From the human T2T-CHM13v2.0 reference genome, Homo sapiens: a stretch of DNA of 64,000 bases. The stretch is from NCBI RefSeq assembly GCF_009914755.1, contig NC_060934.1. One strand, given 5' to 3'. A program made the position numbers and the translations under genes. Below are positions 1-25,825 of the stretch, piece after piece (the stretch's first letter is position 1; every line of letters begins with the position of its first letter). The notes below the pieces were generated by a model that saw nothing but the letters and a program-made list of their open reading frames with translations, was not told the origin of the DNA and ran no database searches.

Positions 1-289
1 CACGGAAGACAGTTTTTCCTTGGATGGGGTGGAGGAGCCGGTTTTGGGATTAAACTGTTCCACCTCAGATCATTAGTTAGATTCTCATAAGGAGTGGGCA
101 ACCTAGATCCGTCACACGCACAGTTCACAATGGGGATCGCATTCCTACGAGAATCTAATGCCGCCACTGATCTGATGGGAGGTACACCTCAGGCAGTTAT
201 GCCTGATGTTCACCTCCTGCTGTGCAGCCAGGTTCCTAACAGGCCATGGACTGGTACCAGTCCATGGCCTAGGGGGTTGGGGACCCCTG
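1..289 (-). mobile_element. MER1B-like hAT-Charlie MITE (partial)
   Basis: Terminal GGTTGGGGACCCCTG, internal GAGAATCTAATGCCGCC and the GGTACC-centred palindrome typical of MER1. Confidence 0.85.
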
Positions 290-872
290 GCTGAGACCAT
301 AGAGCTTCGATCTCCTAGTCTATTTGTTGGAAATAATTCATTTTATATGCATACATAGATATACATACATATACAAATACACACACATCTAATGAGCACC
401 TACTCTGTGTCAGGCACAGTGAGGGGTGTGTGAGGTATACAGGCATGACAAGGCCCTGTCCCCGTGGAGCACTGGCTAGTCAGGGAGCCTATCATAAAAT
501 ACTGGCATAATGATTTCACTGCCATTGTGATAAGGGCCACAAAGAGACTTACAAAGGGAGAAGAGAGTATGTCGCAGGGTTCCTGACCTGGGCTGCAAGA
601 CCAGGGCCAGCCTTCCTGAGGAACGGACATAGAAGGAGGCAGAGAGTGATGCAGGCAAAGAACTGGGGGCATCCCCGGCTGAAGAACCAGCAAGTCTGAG
701 CAGACCCTGAAGAAGGAGTAACCTGTGCTGGGCCTGCCCCAAAGGCTTCTGTGAGGATGACCAAGGGAGGTGACAGCCAGCAGAAACACAGTTTCTGTAA
801 ACTGTAGAGTGTTATTCAAATGTGACCTATTATTTAAAACAATGAATATAAACATGCCTTAAAGGTGAGCTT

Positions 873-1231
<359 letters not shown>

Positions 1232-1653
1232 CTAGGTTCTGGGAATACAGCAGTCAGTAAGACAGACCCTCTGTCCTCCATAAACACAGAGAATGGTGAC
1301 TTCAGACAGCGGTAAATGCTATGGTGAAACAGAAAATTTGGCAGAGGAATAGAGAATAATGGAGGCAGGGAAGATTCTAGACAGGAAGGCAGGGCTCTCT
1401 AAGGGGGTGAAAACCAGATCTGAACAAACTACCTGTCACCCTCTGACAATGTGACCTTGGATACATCACCTAATCTTTCAAGACTCTCCTTTCACCTCAT
1501 CTCACAGGACTCACCTGAGAATTAAATGAGATAAGAAATGGAAGCCCTCCTAATACAGGTTAGCGTGAATAATGTTAAACAGTGAATATTTAATAAATGC
1601 TAAATAATCGAGTGCTTTAATCAAGAACGAAAGTCAGAAGTTTTTTTTAACAG

Positions 1654-2136
<483 letters not shown>

Positions 2137-2195
2137 TAAAAAAATAATAATAGAGTGCTACTAATCTATCATTTAAGATATTAGGAATATGTTTA

Positions 2196-2583
<388 letters not shown>

Positions 2584-2769
2584 TTAGGCCTTCTATTTTC
2601 AGACAGGCTGGACAAATCCTGCAGAAGGAGTCATTATTGAACTTTGTGTCAGTTGGGTCCTCTGGGCAGCAGATGCAGAGACAAAATAAGATTTTGGTGG
2701 TTGGGGGCAGTAACCCCTGTGAAAGACAAATGAGGAAGGAAGCAGAATTGGATAGGAAAAGCCTCAAAC

Positions 2770-3155
2770 CATGATGTAGCATGTATCAGAATTTCCTTCC
2801 TTTTAAAGGCTGAATAATATTCCATTGTATGAATATATCCCATTTTATTTATCTATTCATCCATCGATGGACATGTGGGTCACTCTCACCTTCTGGCTAT
2901 TGTAGATGATGCTGCTATGGTCATGGGTGTACAAATGGCTGCTTGTTACCCTGCTTCCAATTTGTTTGTGTATATACCCAGAAGTGGAATTGCTAGGTCA
3001 CATGGTACCCATATGGCTATTTTTTATTTTTTGAGGGATAAATAAATAAAATACTATTTTCCATAGCATCTAATATATACCATGTTAAATTCCCACCAAC
3101 AGTGCACAAGGGCTCCAATTCCTCCACATGCTCACCAACACTTGTTATTTTCTGG
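2770..3155 (-). mobile_element. L1 3'-end fragment
   Basis: Typical L1 3' sequence (gctgaataatattccattgtatg; cccagaagtggaattgct). Confidence 0.8.
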
Positions 3156-3156
3156 G

Positions 3157-3666
3157 TGTATTAGTGCCTTCTCACGCTGCTATAAAGAACTGCCCAAGAC
3201 TGGGTAATTTATTAAGGAAAGAGGTTTAATTGACTTACAGTTCTGCAGGGCTGGGGAGGCCTCAGGAAACTTACAATCATGGTGAAAGGGGAAGCAAATA
3301 TGTCCTTCTTCACATGGCAGCAGCAAGTAGAAGTCCTGAGCAAAGGGTTAAAGTCCCTTATATTAATAAAACCATCAGCCGGGCGTGGTGGCTCACGCAT
3401 TTTGTAATCCCAGCACTTTGGGAGGCCGAGGCGGGTGGATCACGAGGTCAGGAGACACAGACCATCCTGGCTAACACAGTGAAACCCTGTCTCTACTAAA
3501 AATAAAATAAAATAAAATTAGCCGGGCGTAATGGCGGGCGCCTGTAGTCCCAGCTACTCAGGAGGCTGAGGCAGGAGAATGGCATGAACCCGGAAGACAG
3601 AGCTTGCAGTGAGCCGAGATTGCGCCACTGCACTCCAGTCTGGGCGACAGAGCGAGACTCCGTCTC

Positions 3667-3697
<31 letters not shown>

Positions 3698-3859
3698 ATC
3701 AGATCTCGCGAGAACTCACTCACTATCATGAGAACAGCATGGGGGTAACCGCCCCCATGATTCAATTACCTCCCGCCGGGTCCGTCCCATGATACATGGA
3801 GATTATGAGAACTACAATTCAAGATTAAATTTGGATGGGGACATAGCCAAACCATATCA
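3157..3859. mobile_element. MaLR (THE1/MST) solo LTR interrupted by an AluY (3377-3695, TSD aaaaccatca)
   Basis: TG...CA termini (tgtattagt...ccatatca), internal gaggcctcaggaaacttacaatcatgg. Confidence 0.88.
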
Positions 3860-3904
3860 CTGAGTTGTTTGTTTGCTTGTTTGTTTGTTAAATAGTAACC
3901 ACTC

Positions 3905-5480
<1,576 letters not shown>

Positions 5481-5729
5481 AAGTCACCTATTAACCTTTT
5501 AAAAAGTAAAAAGACAGTTTTCCCTATCATCCCAGGCCTCTAGAAAAATCATTCTCTTCTTTGGTCTTTATTTCAAGAACTTATTTCAACTTGCTAGGAT
5601 TGCCTATAACACATTGTACTGTGGCTGCTTCCATGTGTGACTATCCATCTCCCTCCTCCCTAGCTCCAACCCTCCTCCCCTAGTAATAATAAACTGTGAG
5701 CTATTTGAGAGACTATATCTAAATATCCA

Positions 5730-5990
5730 CATGGTGCAGCACCTAAGAGTGCAGGCTTAAGAGACCAGACTGACGGGGAAGAAGCCTTTTCTGCCACTTA
5801 CTAGTTACATGACCTTGGGGTCTTTCCTTAATCTTTCTGAGCCTCTGTTTCTTTATCTGTAAAATGGGACTAATGATAGAACCAACACCTCACAAGGTTG
5901 TTGCAAGGATTAATGGAGATAACACATGTAAAACACTTAGGATAATGTTTAACACAAACTAAGAACATGATAAAAGTTGGCAAATACTCT
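5730..5990 (+). mobile_element. MIR
   Basis: MIR core (tctgagcctctgtttctttatctgtaaaatggg). Confidence 0.7.
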
Positions 5991-7124
5991 ATGCTGGAAA
6001 AAAATAAAACCAGAATAAACACTCATCCCACCACCAAGTGGAAGAAAAATTGTATGGTGTTTTGTTTTGTTTTGTTTTTTCCTAAGGCAGAGATGAGTAG
6101 GCTTCAGCCACTTGGTTTTTCTTCATTTAAAATGCAATATTGGCAGCATCACCTTCAGCCACAGTCGCTTATAGAAGGAAGGGATTGGTCAATAAGGGAT
6201 GACCCAAGGGGGTACCAGAATCCCCAAATGACTTTCCCCTTCCTAAGGCTGAAGGCTCCGTGCTGCTTCTGCTTGGGCTCAGGCCATGCCAGTCCTCCTC
6301 CTCTTCCTTTCTTTTTTTTTTTCCCATCCCTCCCTCCCCACTTCAAACCCTGGGAAAAAAAAATGAAGAGAAGCACACCAACCAAGAAGCCTTTTCACTT
6401 CATTGTGTTTTCCAGCTAGACCTGAACAGACGGCGATCAATTCAACCCTCTCTCACCCTCCCTTCTCTCTTCTTCTCTCATGTCCTCTTTGTGTTTTTGT
6501 TTTTTTTTCTCTCAGGCTGTGTCTTCAGGCTTAGGAAAAAGCAGATACCTCCCAGTAGCATGAAGATGCAAGAAGCTGCAGTTGCCTGTAGCAAACACAA
6601 CGTGATTGTAACAGGTCCCCATGGCCCTTGGTGCATGGAAAGGTGGACAAGCAGGGGATCCCGTTTGGATTCTCTGAGAAACTTCTCAGCTTGACCACGT
6701 CTGTCTCAAGGTTTGGCTGCAAGGAGTCACACAGAAAACCTTGCTTTCCTACTTCCTCTGGCCAGGAACCTTCTGAAGTTCGCTCCATCCCCAAGCAAAG
6801 AGTTTTCATTCCAAGCTTGAGCAAATCTGGCCCGTTGGACTTGAAATCAATGAGTATGAAGGAGGAATACACCTTTTCCCTTTTCAAAGCAGCCTAGTGG
6901 GATTTTATTTTTTTTCCAACAGGGTAACTCCAAATTGGCAGGGCTTTCAAAGCTACAAATTTCCATGTCCCCAGGCCTCACTGAAGAAAAATTTCCTGGT
7001 TAGGCTGGCATGTGTGGAAGTTTTAGGTGTGCAGCAGGTGAGAAATGCTGAACAAATAGTTAAACCTGAGCTATGAATCAAATTAGTCTAAACAAGATTC
7101 TCCCCTAACCCCATGCTGTACTAG

Positions 7125-9073
<1,949 letters not shown>

Positions 9074-9249
9074 GGTTTAGACTTTGATGCTGTTGTCTCT
9101 GGGTCCTGTTGGGGTGAGAGGACCTAGCTGTTACTGGTTTTTCTCACTGGAAATTCCAATTAGTGAGGCCTATGATTCTAGAAATTCTTTTTCAGCACTC
9201 ACAGTTAGGTCTCCTATAATGTCAATGTGATGCTAATGATTATTTAAAC

Positions 9250-9742
9250 CAGCAGTTCTCAAATTTTTTGGTATAAGGATCCTTTCACACTCATGAAAAG
9301 TATTGAGGACACCACAAAGCTTTTGTTTATTGTGGATAATATCTATCAGTATTTGCTCAGAAATTAAAGCTGAGAACTTTTAAAGACAGTTAATTCATTT
9401 TTAAAAATAATAAACCATTATATATGACATAAATAACATTTTAATTGAACATAATTGTATATCCGAAAAGAATAGTGAGAAGAGTCACATTGTTTTTCAT
9501 TTTTGCAAATTGAGTTTCTGATTCCATAGAAGATATGATTCTCATATTTGCTTCTTCAATCTGTTGCAACGTCACATATTGTGTAGCATCTGGAAAATTC
9601 CACTGTCTACTTGTGAAAGAATGAAAATGAAAAAGGTAAATAACATCTTAGTATTAATAAGAAAATAGTTTTAACCTTGCAGACCCCTGAAAAGATCTTG
9701 GAGATTCACAGGAGTCCCCGAACCACACTTGAAGAACTGCTA
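9250..9742 (-). mobile_element. Charlie1-like hAT DNA transposon fossil
   Basis: TIRs cagcagttctcaaa ... ttgaagaactgct; internal sequence resembles Charlie1b. Confidence 0.75.
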
Positions 9743-9744
9743 GG

Positions 9745-12325
<2,581 letters not shown>

Positions 12326-13458
12326 ATAATATCCTTCCAAAAGGATTACTGCATAGATTCAATTCAATAATATATGTAAGAAGCCCAGTAGAGTACCTGG
12401 CATGTAACAGAGGCTCACTTTTAATGCCTGTTATACTTTTACAGAAAATCAAAGGGCAAAATGGAAATGTACCACAGCTTCCAGCATTAGACAGGCCTGG
12501 GTTTGAATCCTAACAACACTGGCTTTGGGCAAATCACTTCACCCACCTTGTACAGTTATTGTGAGGTGATTGAAATAATGCCTATAAATCACCTGGTATC
12601 TAGCCCATGTCTTACAGATGGCCACTGTTACAACCGACCATTTGCATCCGGGGCTACAGGGAAACCCCTCATCCCCAAGGGCAGCCTCTCTGGGGGCTAG
12701 TCCTTGGTCCCTGGACACAGGTTAGGATGGCTGGCTCTCAGGCTTCAGTGAGGCCTTTTCCAAAGGAGTGAATCGAGTCCTCACTTGGGATTTCCCATTT
12801 CCAAATATTCACCAGTTCCCCTGTCTCCAAATATTGCACAGAGGCCATCACTGATAGTGGCGTTAATGCCCAGAGGAACTGTTCCCAAAGCAGAGGGAGA
12901 ATGGACACTGTGTGTAAACACTTAACTCCACACAGAGGAGAGGCTGCACGTGGGCTCTGGAGTCAGACTCAAATTCAAATCTTGGCTCTCCCATTTCTGT
13001 ACTAACTGCAAGACATAGGGCAAGTTACTTGGCCTTTGTAAGCCCACTTTCTCATCTGTAATTGGGAACAATGACAGTACTAGTGCTGAATGTGAAAAGC
13101 TCTTAGCATAGTACCTGGCACACAGAAAATATAGATACATTTTATCTATTATTATCACTATTTCTATTATTTTTACAGCCAGATACCAATGTTTTCACAA
13201 TAATCCATATATAGCTCACATTCCTACCTAGACATGCTCAGGAAGGAGCAGCATGGCTGTGGAAAAAAATTGCTTATTTTCACTTTTATGTACTTTCAAA
13301 GGTTTCTTTAGCAAGCACTGGGGACTAGGTAATACAGAAAACTTTCAAAAGAGGGAGAGGAGAGGGAGGAGGAGAAGGGAGAGGAGTCGAGGGTAAGGGA
13401 TGAGAAAGGAGGAACAGAGAAGCAAGGGGAGAGGGAGAAATTTAAAAACTCAAGCTGA

Positions 13459-13760
<302 letters not shown>

Positions 13761-14532
13761 TCCCAAAACACTGAAACTGAGCTCCGGACCCAGGAGAAAC
13801 CACACATCCTGGGGCTCAAACCACTGGGCCGTGTGACTCGTGCGCTTGCGCGGCAGGGAGCAGCGGGACTAGGAAATCTCCTCTGAGAGGACAGTCAATC
13901 AGAAGGCGCTCAGGGGAGTCGGGTCTCTCTGTTGCTGGGGCGACCTTGGTCACTGAGGAACCACGTAACCTAAAGGACTTCGGCTCCGGGTACCACCCGT
14001 GCCTGCCCCCAAGGCTCTTGGTTGGGAGGGCCCCCGAAATCGTTGGGAAAGTGGGAGGAGAAGGGGAGAGGGGCAGAGCTGTGGAAAGGGTGGGAAATTG
14101 TAAGACGGCCCCAGAGGCTGAGAGAATGAATGCGTGCGGGGCTGGGGAGGACCAAGATGAGGACAGGACCTGTAGAAAAGACCCCAGAGATGACTGGCGG
14201 TTCTGGGACCTGTGGAAAACGCTCTCCTTGGAAAATGTGGCCTTGAAAAGGATGAGGAATGGTTAGCGAGTGCTCGCTCTATGCCGCTTTACGTGCATTT
14301 AATCCTAAGGGAGGTTGAGTCAATTTGCTCATCGTTCCACAGCTGTTAAGTGACGGAGCCAAATTCAACCTTGGGCCTGACTCCTAGATCCTTGGCTGTC
14401 TCCCGGGAGGTGCCCCGAAGGCCTCCCCAGCTCCACACGAGCGCTTGGAACGCTCTGAGGGAAAATACGAACAGAAGGAAAGGTGATGGCGGCGGGAGAG
14501 ATAAGGAGGGAGCAATCAAGACGGGGAAGAGA

Positions 14533-15037
<505 letters not shown>

Positions 15038-15614
15038 TCAGAATCAGCTGGACTGTGATCCTAGGCGCTGAGGAGCAAGGGTTGGAGTGTAGTTGGTGTT
15101 TGTGATTTATTTTCTTGCTGTGAAAGCATGGACCACGGGGATTATTATACATGGAGCTATCAGCCAACTACTCAGCATGGCAAGAATGTCTGCCCGAGGG
15201 AAGCTGGTACTGAGGTCTGACTCCTTATGGCTTGAACCGTGTCGGTCTCAGCTTACAGTTGAGGCAGGATTGCCATATTCAGATTATTGGTGCACTGAAT
15301 GGGCTCACCTGGCACATCTTTGCAGAGTCATCAACAGTTTCATCTAAAGTTCTTTTCCCTTTGAATCATGTTGTGGTTTGTAGGATTTTGGTTAAAAAAA
15401 AAAAAAAAGATGTATTTTGTTACTAATGTAATTGTTTCACAGTCTTTATCTTTTTTCCTCTAAAAAATCTGATCAGATCCTGTGTTTGATCTTAGACATT
15501 GTGGACTAGGAAGGGCAGGTTTTTTTTTTTTCCTTCTTGGGTTTTTGCTGGGGCCCTGGAGTTCAATTTCTTGAAGGAATGTTATTGGAGGACATGAACA
15601 TATCAGAAAGGAAG

Positions 15615-16375
<761 letters not shown>

Positions 16376-16496
16376 TAGGGAGCATAGAATGGGTCAGTCT
16401 GGCTGGCATTTAAAGAAGCAGTTAAGAATGAAGCTGAAACCAAACAACAAAGGGCCAAAGAATTTCACGTCAAAGAGTTTGGACTTCATCTTATAG

Positions 16497-17070
16497 CTCT
16501 GAGCTGTCAAAGATAATAGTCACAAGCCATATGTGTCTACTGAGCACTTAAAATATGGCTAGCCCAAATTGAGGTGTGCTGTAGGCATGAAATACACACC
16601 AGATTTTAAAGACATGGTGAAAAAAAGAATGTAAAATATCTCATTAATAACTTTTGTGGTGATTACTTTTGAAATGATAACATTTGGGGTTTATTGGGTT
16701 AAATAAGATGTATTATTAGTGTTACTTTTTAAAATCATGTTTATTTGCAGGGCATAGTAGCACATGCATGTATTCCCAGCTACTCAGGAGGCTGAGGTAG
16801 GAGGATCACTTGAGCCCAGGAGTTTGAGGTCAGCCAGAGCAACATAGCAAGACCCATCTCAAAATAAAATAAAAGTCTATAAAATGAACTGGGCGTGGTG
16901 GCTCATACCTGTAATCCCAGCACTTTGGGAGGCCAAGGCAACAGGATTGCTGAGTGCCAGATCAGCCTGGGCAACACAGTGAGACTCCATCTCTTAAAAA
17001 AAAAAAAAAAAAGAAAGGAAATTTAAAATTGCTTATGTGACTCACATTATATTTCTATTGGATAGTGCCA
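16497..17070 (+). mobile_element. MER33-like hAT element split by two Alu monomers
   Basis: aaatacacaccagattttaaagac ... cacattatatttctattgga. Confidence 0.7.
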
Positions 17071-17111
17071 TTGTAGATAGTGGGAAGCCGTTAAGGATTC
17101 TCGAATTAGAA

Positions 17112-17442
17112 CAAGGGTTGGCAAATGTTTTCTGTGAAGGGCCAGATGGTAAGTATTTTACGGCTTGAGGGCCATACAGTCTCTGTTGCAACTATTCAAC
17201 TCTGCTGTTGTAGTAAAAAAGCAGCTATAGACAATAACGTAAACAATTAGTATAGCTTTGTTCCAGTGCAACCTTATGGACACTGAAATATGAATCTTAT
17301 ATAATTTTCACATTATGAAATATTGTTCTTCTTTTGATTTTTTCCCAATCACTTAAAAGTGTAAAAGCCATTCTTAATTTGTGGGCTATATGAAAACAGG
17401 TGGTGAATGGGATTTGGCCTCCAGGCCATAGTTTACTAACCC
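17112..17442 (+). mobile_element. MER58B-like hAT element
   Basis: gggttggcaaa...ctgtgaagggccagat ... ggccatagttt termini. Confidence 0.75.
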
Positions 17443-17844
17443 ACAAGTTAGAGTTGAGCTGGAGTCTCTGAAAATCTCTTTCAACCAACAATACCATTGG
17501 TGCTCTCCCCACACACCACCATACAGTGCTTGGAAAATTCCTTCCTTTTTACAAACAGCATGGATTTGCATAATATTTTATCTGGAAGGGACAGTAGGGA
17601 TCAGATACTCCTACCTTATCATATTGCATTTGAGGAAACTGAGTCTCAGAGAGCTAAACTCACATAAACAAGGTCACGTTGCAGTGAAGAGGTTCCAAAT
17701 AACGGGAGTAATGGTGAGACTATCCGGCAGCTGGCAAAAAAGGAAGGGTCTGAAGTTAGACTGAGTACCCAGGCTCCATTTAGGGGCTCCAAATTCTAGC
17801 TCATCCTTCCATTCATTCATTAATTCTTTCATTTACCACTTATT

Positions 17845-20215
<2,371 letters not shown>

Positions 20216-20364
20216 TCAACCTGGGGCCAAACTTTGGGCTCCCATAGTCCTCTCAACCCTGAGTGTCTGTTCATTTCATATGCATCTTAAAATGTTCTGT
20301 ATGTGCAGAATAGTTTATATATCATATGTGAGCAAGAAAAAGTATTTTATGTTTGTATTTATAA

Positions 20365-20705
20365 ATATCATTATGTGTCACTTAATAAGGGGGATATGTT
20401 CTGAGAAATGCATCATTAGTGATTTCCTTGTTGTGTGAACATCACAGAGTGTGCTTCCACAAACGTAGGTGGTACAGCCTCCTACATACATAGCCTATAT
20501 GGTAGAGCCTATTGCTCCTAGGCTACAAACCTATACAGCATGTGACTGTACTGGATACTGTAGGCAGCTGTAACACAATGACAAATATGTGTGTATCTAA
20601 ATATATGGAAACAGAAAGGGTATACAGTAAAAAATACAGTATTATAGTCTTATGGGACCACCATCCGATATGCAGCTGTCGTTGACTGAACATCATATGA
20701 CTTTA
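20365..20705 (+). mobile_element. Tigger3a/MER7A-like TcMar element
   Basis: ttctgagaaatgcatcattag ... gcctattgctcctaggctacaaacct ... cttatgggaccacc. Confidence 0.8.
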
Positions 20706-20847
20706 CATGGAATTGTTCTTAGAACCTGATAACTGGGTCTTCTCCAGGGTAGGAAATGCTGTGTGTAGAGACAGAGGTTGCAGGGAGATTGCGAGGGGTA
20801 CAATATTCTGTTGTACCCTTTGAAGTACCATGTAAACATATGATCTA

Positions 20848-21164
<317 letters not shown>

Positions 21165-21165
<1 letters not shown>

Positions 21166-21570
21166 AATATATATATAAAATATATATGTATGTAATATAT
21201 AATATATATTATATAATATATGTAATATATTATATATTATATAAATATATACTATATTATATATAATAATATAGTATATAATATATAAAATATATATTAT
21301 ATATCATGTATGATATATATGATATACATATACATATATACATATACATATACATATACATGATATACAATATACATATCACATAATATACATTATATAT
21401 AATATGTATGCAATATGTAATATGTATATATTATATATGTATATAATACGTTATGTGATATGTATATAATATATTATATGATATGTATATAATATACAAT
21501 ATGTATATATGTATTATATATACAATATGTGTATATGTATTATATATACAATATGTATATAATATATATA
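21165..21570. repeat. ~400-bp (TA)-rich low-complexity tract
   Basis: Almost pure A/T with TATA/TATG/TACA units. Confidence 0.95.
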
Positions 21571-23800
21571 TGAAAGCATTTTTGCTTTCCAGTAACAGAA
21601 GTTTACCACATCCATTGTTGGTTTACTCTTCAGTTTTGCCTTCCAGCACCTTGTTCTTTGGTCCAAAGCCAGAGTGGTGAAGGAAAGGGTGACAGACTTG
21701 CATTCCCTCCCCCACTGCAGGACTTAGAACCTTTCTGTGACCCAGGCCTCCCAGCTGGAAAACGAGGAGAGTGGCATTTGCCACATTCCCCACAGGGGTA
21801 GCATTGAGAACTGGCTATCTGCTGGTAAAGGATTTCCGGATCTGTGAATAAAAGGGAATATATTAACACAAAATACTCTTGCTTTTTAACCCCACATAGT
21901 TCTAAGGAAATCTAATATAAAGGCTTGGGATCCACTTACAGTTGCTGTACTAGAGGTGAATGTTAATTAGTGACATTGACAATCGTCATTTTCTCTGTAA
22001 ACCTACTTGGTGACTGGAAGCTGCAGGAATCTTGCTATATGAGCCTTCTGTCTTTGAACAACAAAGTGTCAGTCTGACCGTCCTGAAACAGACAAGAAAG
22101 CTGCCCACCTCAATTACAGGCCTCAGCTGAGAATCAGGGTTTGGTGTCCACACAGTCTCTCTAGATTGCCTGGCTGGCTGGGTCCAGTGACTGTGTCTTA
22201 TCTTTCAGCGAGGCTCCCTGCTTCCTCTCTCCAGTGCCCTCTTCCAGGGTGGGATGCACAGAAGGCATTTAATAAATGATGACTGAGCCTGTGGCTGGCT
22301 ACCTGCCTGCTTTCAGGAGTGGCCCCGCTTTATAGATGGGGAAACAGAGGCACACAGAAGTGCAGTACTTTGCTTGAGTTCCTTGTTGGAATCCCTGGTT
22401 CAGGCAGGAGTCTCATTTCAACCCCTAATGTTCATCTCTTCTATTCTCTGAACAGAGAGTGCTTGAGAAGTTCCAGCATTTCCATCTTCAAAGTCAAGAA
22501 ATAGGAGAAGCAGTTGTAAAACAAGACCTGAACCTAGACAATCTGGGTAGATGACAAAGCCACCGTCCTTCCCCAGGCCTCAGTGTCCCCATCTATAAAA
22601 TAATGGTTTGGACAGGATGATCTCTCAGGTCCCTTTACGTTTCCTATGGGCTGTGTATACCGCCCTGCGTTCACTAGCCAATTGAGGCCATTCTTCTTGT
22701 TATTTCTTTACCTCCTTGAGTTTCTCAGGAGTTTCAAGGGGGCGCTGTGAAACTGGTTACTGGGCAGCCAGCAGGCCTTTCCTTGGAGCTGCCTGGCTGC
22801 TTGGTTTCCCTGCTGGTAACCAAGCCCTTGTCTGTCTTTCCAGCAACCCAGCCCTTTTCTTATTGTTGCTGTCTGTTTCCATTTGTTCCTTTTATTCTCC
22901 AGGTTTTCCTTGACTCTGATGTTTTTCCCCCTGCTGCACAACAAGCCCTTCTGATCTCTGTGAAAGGCAAACCCGTGTCATTCTTCCAAATCATCATTGT
23001 ATGACATGTTTTTATATCAGCCGGACAAAGGAGCTATTTGATCAGGGGGTATGGTGTGTGATTGTAAGAAATTCAGCTAGTCGGTGGCAACCATTGTTCC
23101 CCAAGCGGCTCCCTGACCCCATTCTGTTCCTGGAAAAACTCCCTGAGAGTGGCCTCTATTCATGGAGTAACACCAGTCCCCAGCCGCGCTCCAGGAGCAT
23201 GCTCAATTCCTAGCAGTGTCACCGATAGCTGCCCGAAGCCACCCTTTAACTCTTTCATCAGCATTAAGTTTCCAACCCCACAGCTGTTATCACGGCCATG
23301 AGCTCAGGGGGTTAGAGATACAGGCATGCTCTCTGCTCTCCCTCTTATCTTGGAGAAATTCAACCTTCCTTTGAAATGGTCATTTGGAAATTACCCGTCT
23401 GCTGCTTTCAGCGCAGCAGGCCTGGCTAGCACGCCTGTCCTCCTCGGTTTTCCCCTGAGGACAGCCTTCCAGCACTGCCAACTCCCAGGCCCTGCTGCTC
23501 GGTGGCCTCCCTCCTGGTATGGAATCTAGTGGCACCTCAAAACCATTTCTGATTGCCTGAGGTAGAAGTGTGAGGCCCCTCACCCTAGCCTCAGAGTCCT
23601 TGCCAGATCGTTCTGGAAATGAGGAAATACTTCCACACACTAATGAATGTTACTTAGTCAGGCTTCTTTCTTTTTTGCAATACACACTGGGCCCCTATAT
23701 GTGTAAGGCCTTGTGTCAGGTATTGTAGGACAGACAGAATTGTATAAAAATTGGCCCTTGGCCCTAGGAACTCCATCCATTAGAAGAAATGAAACAAGTA

Positions 23801-25825
<2,025 letters not shown>

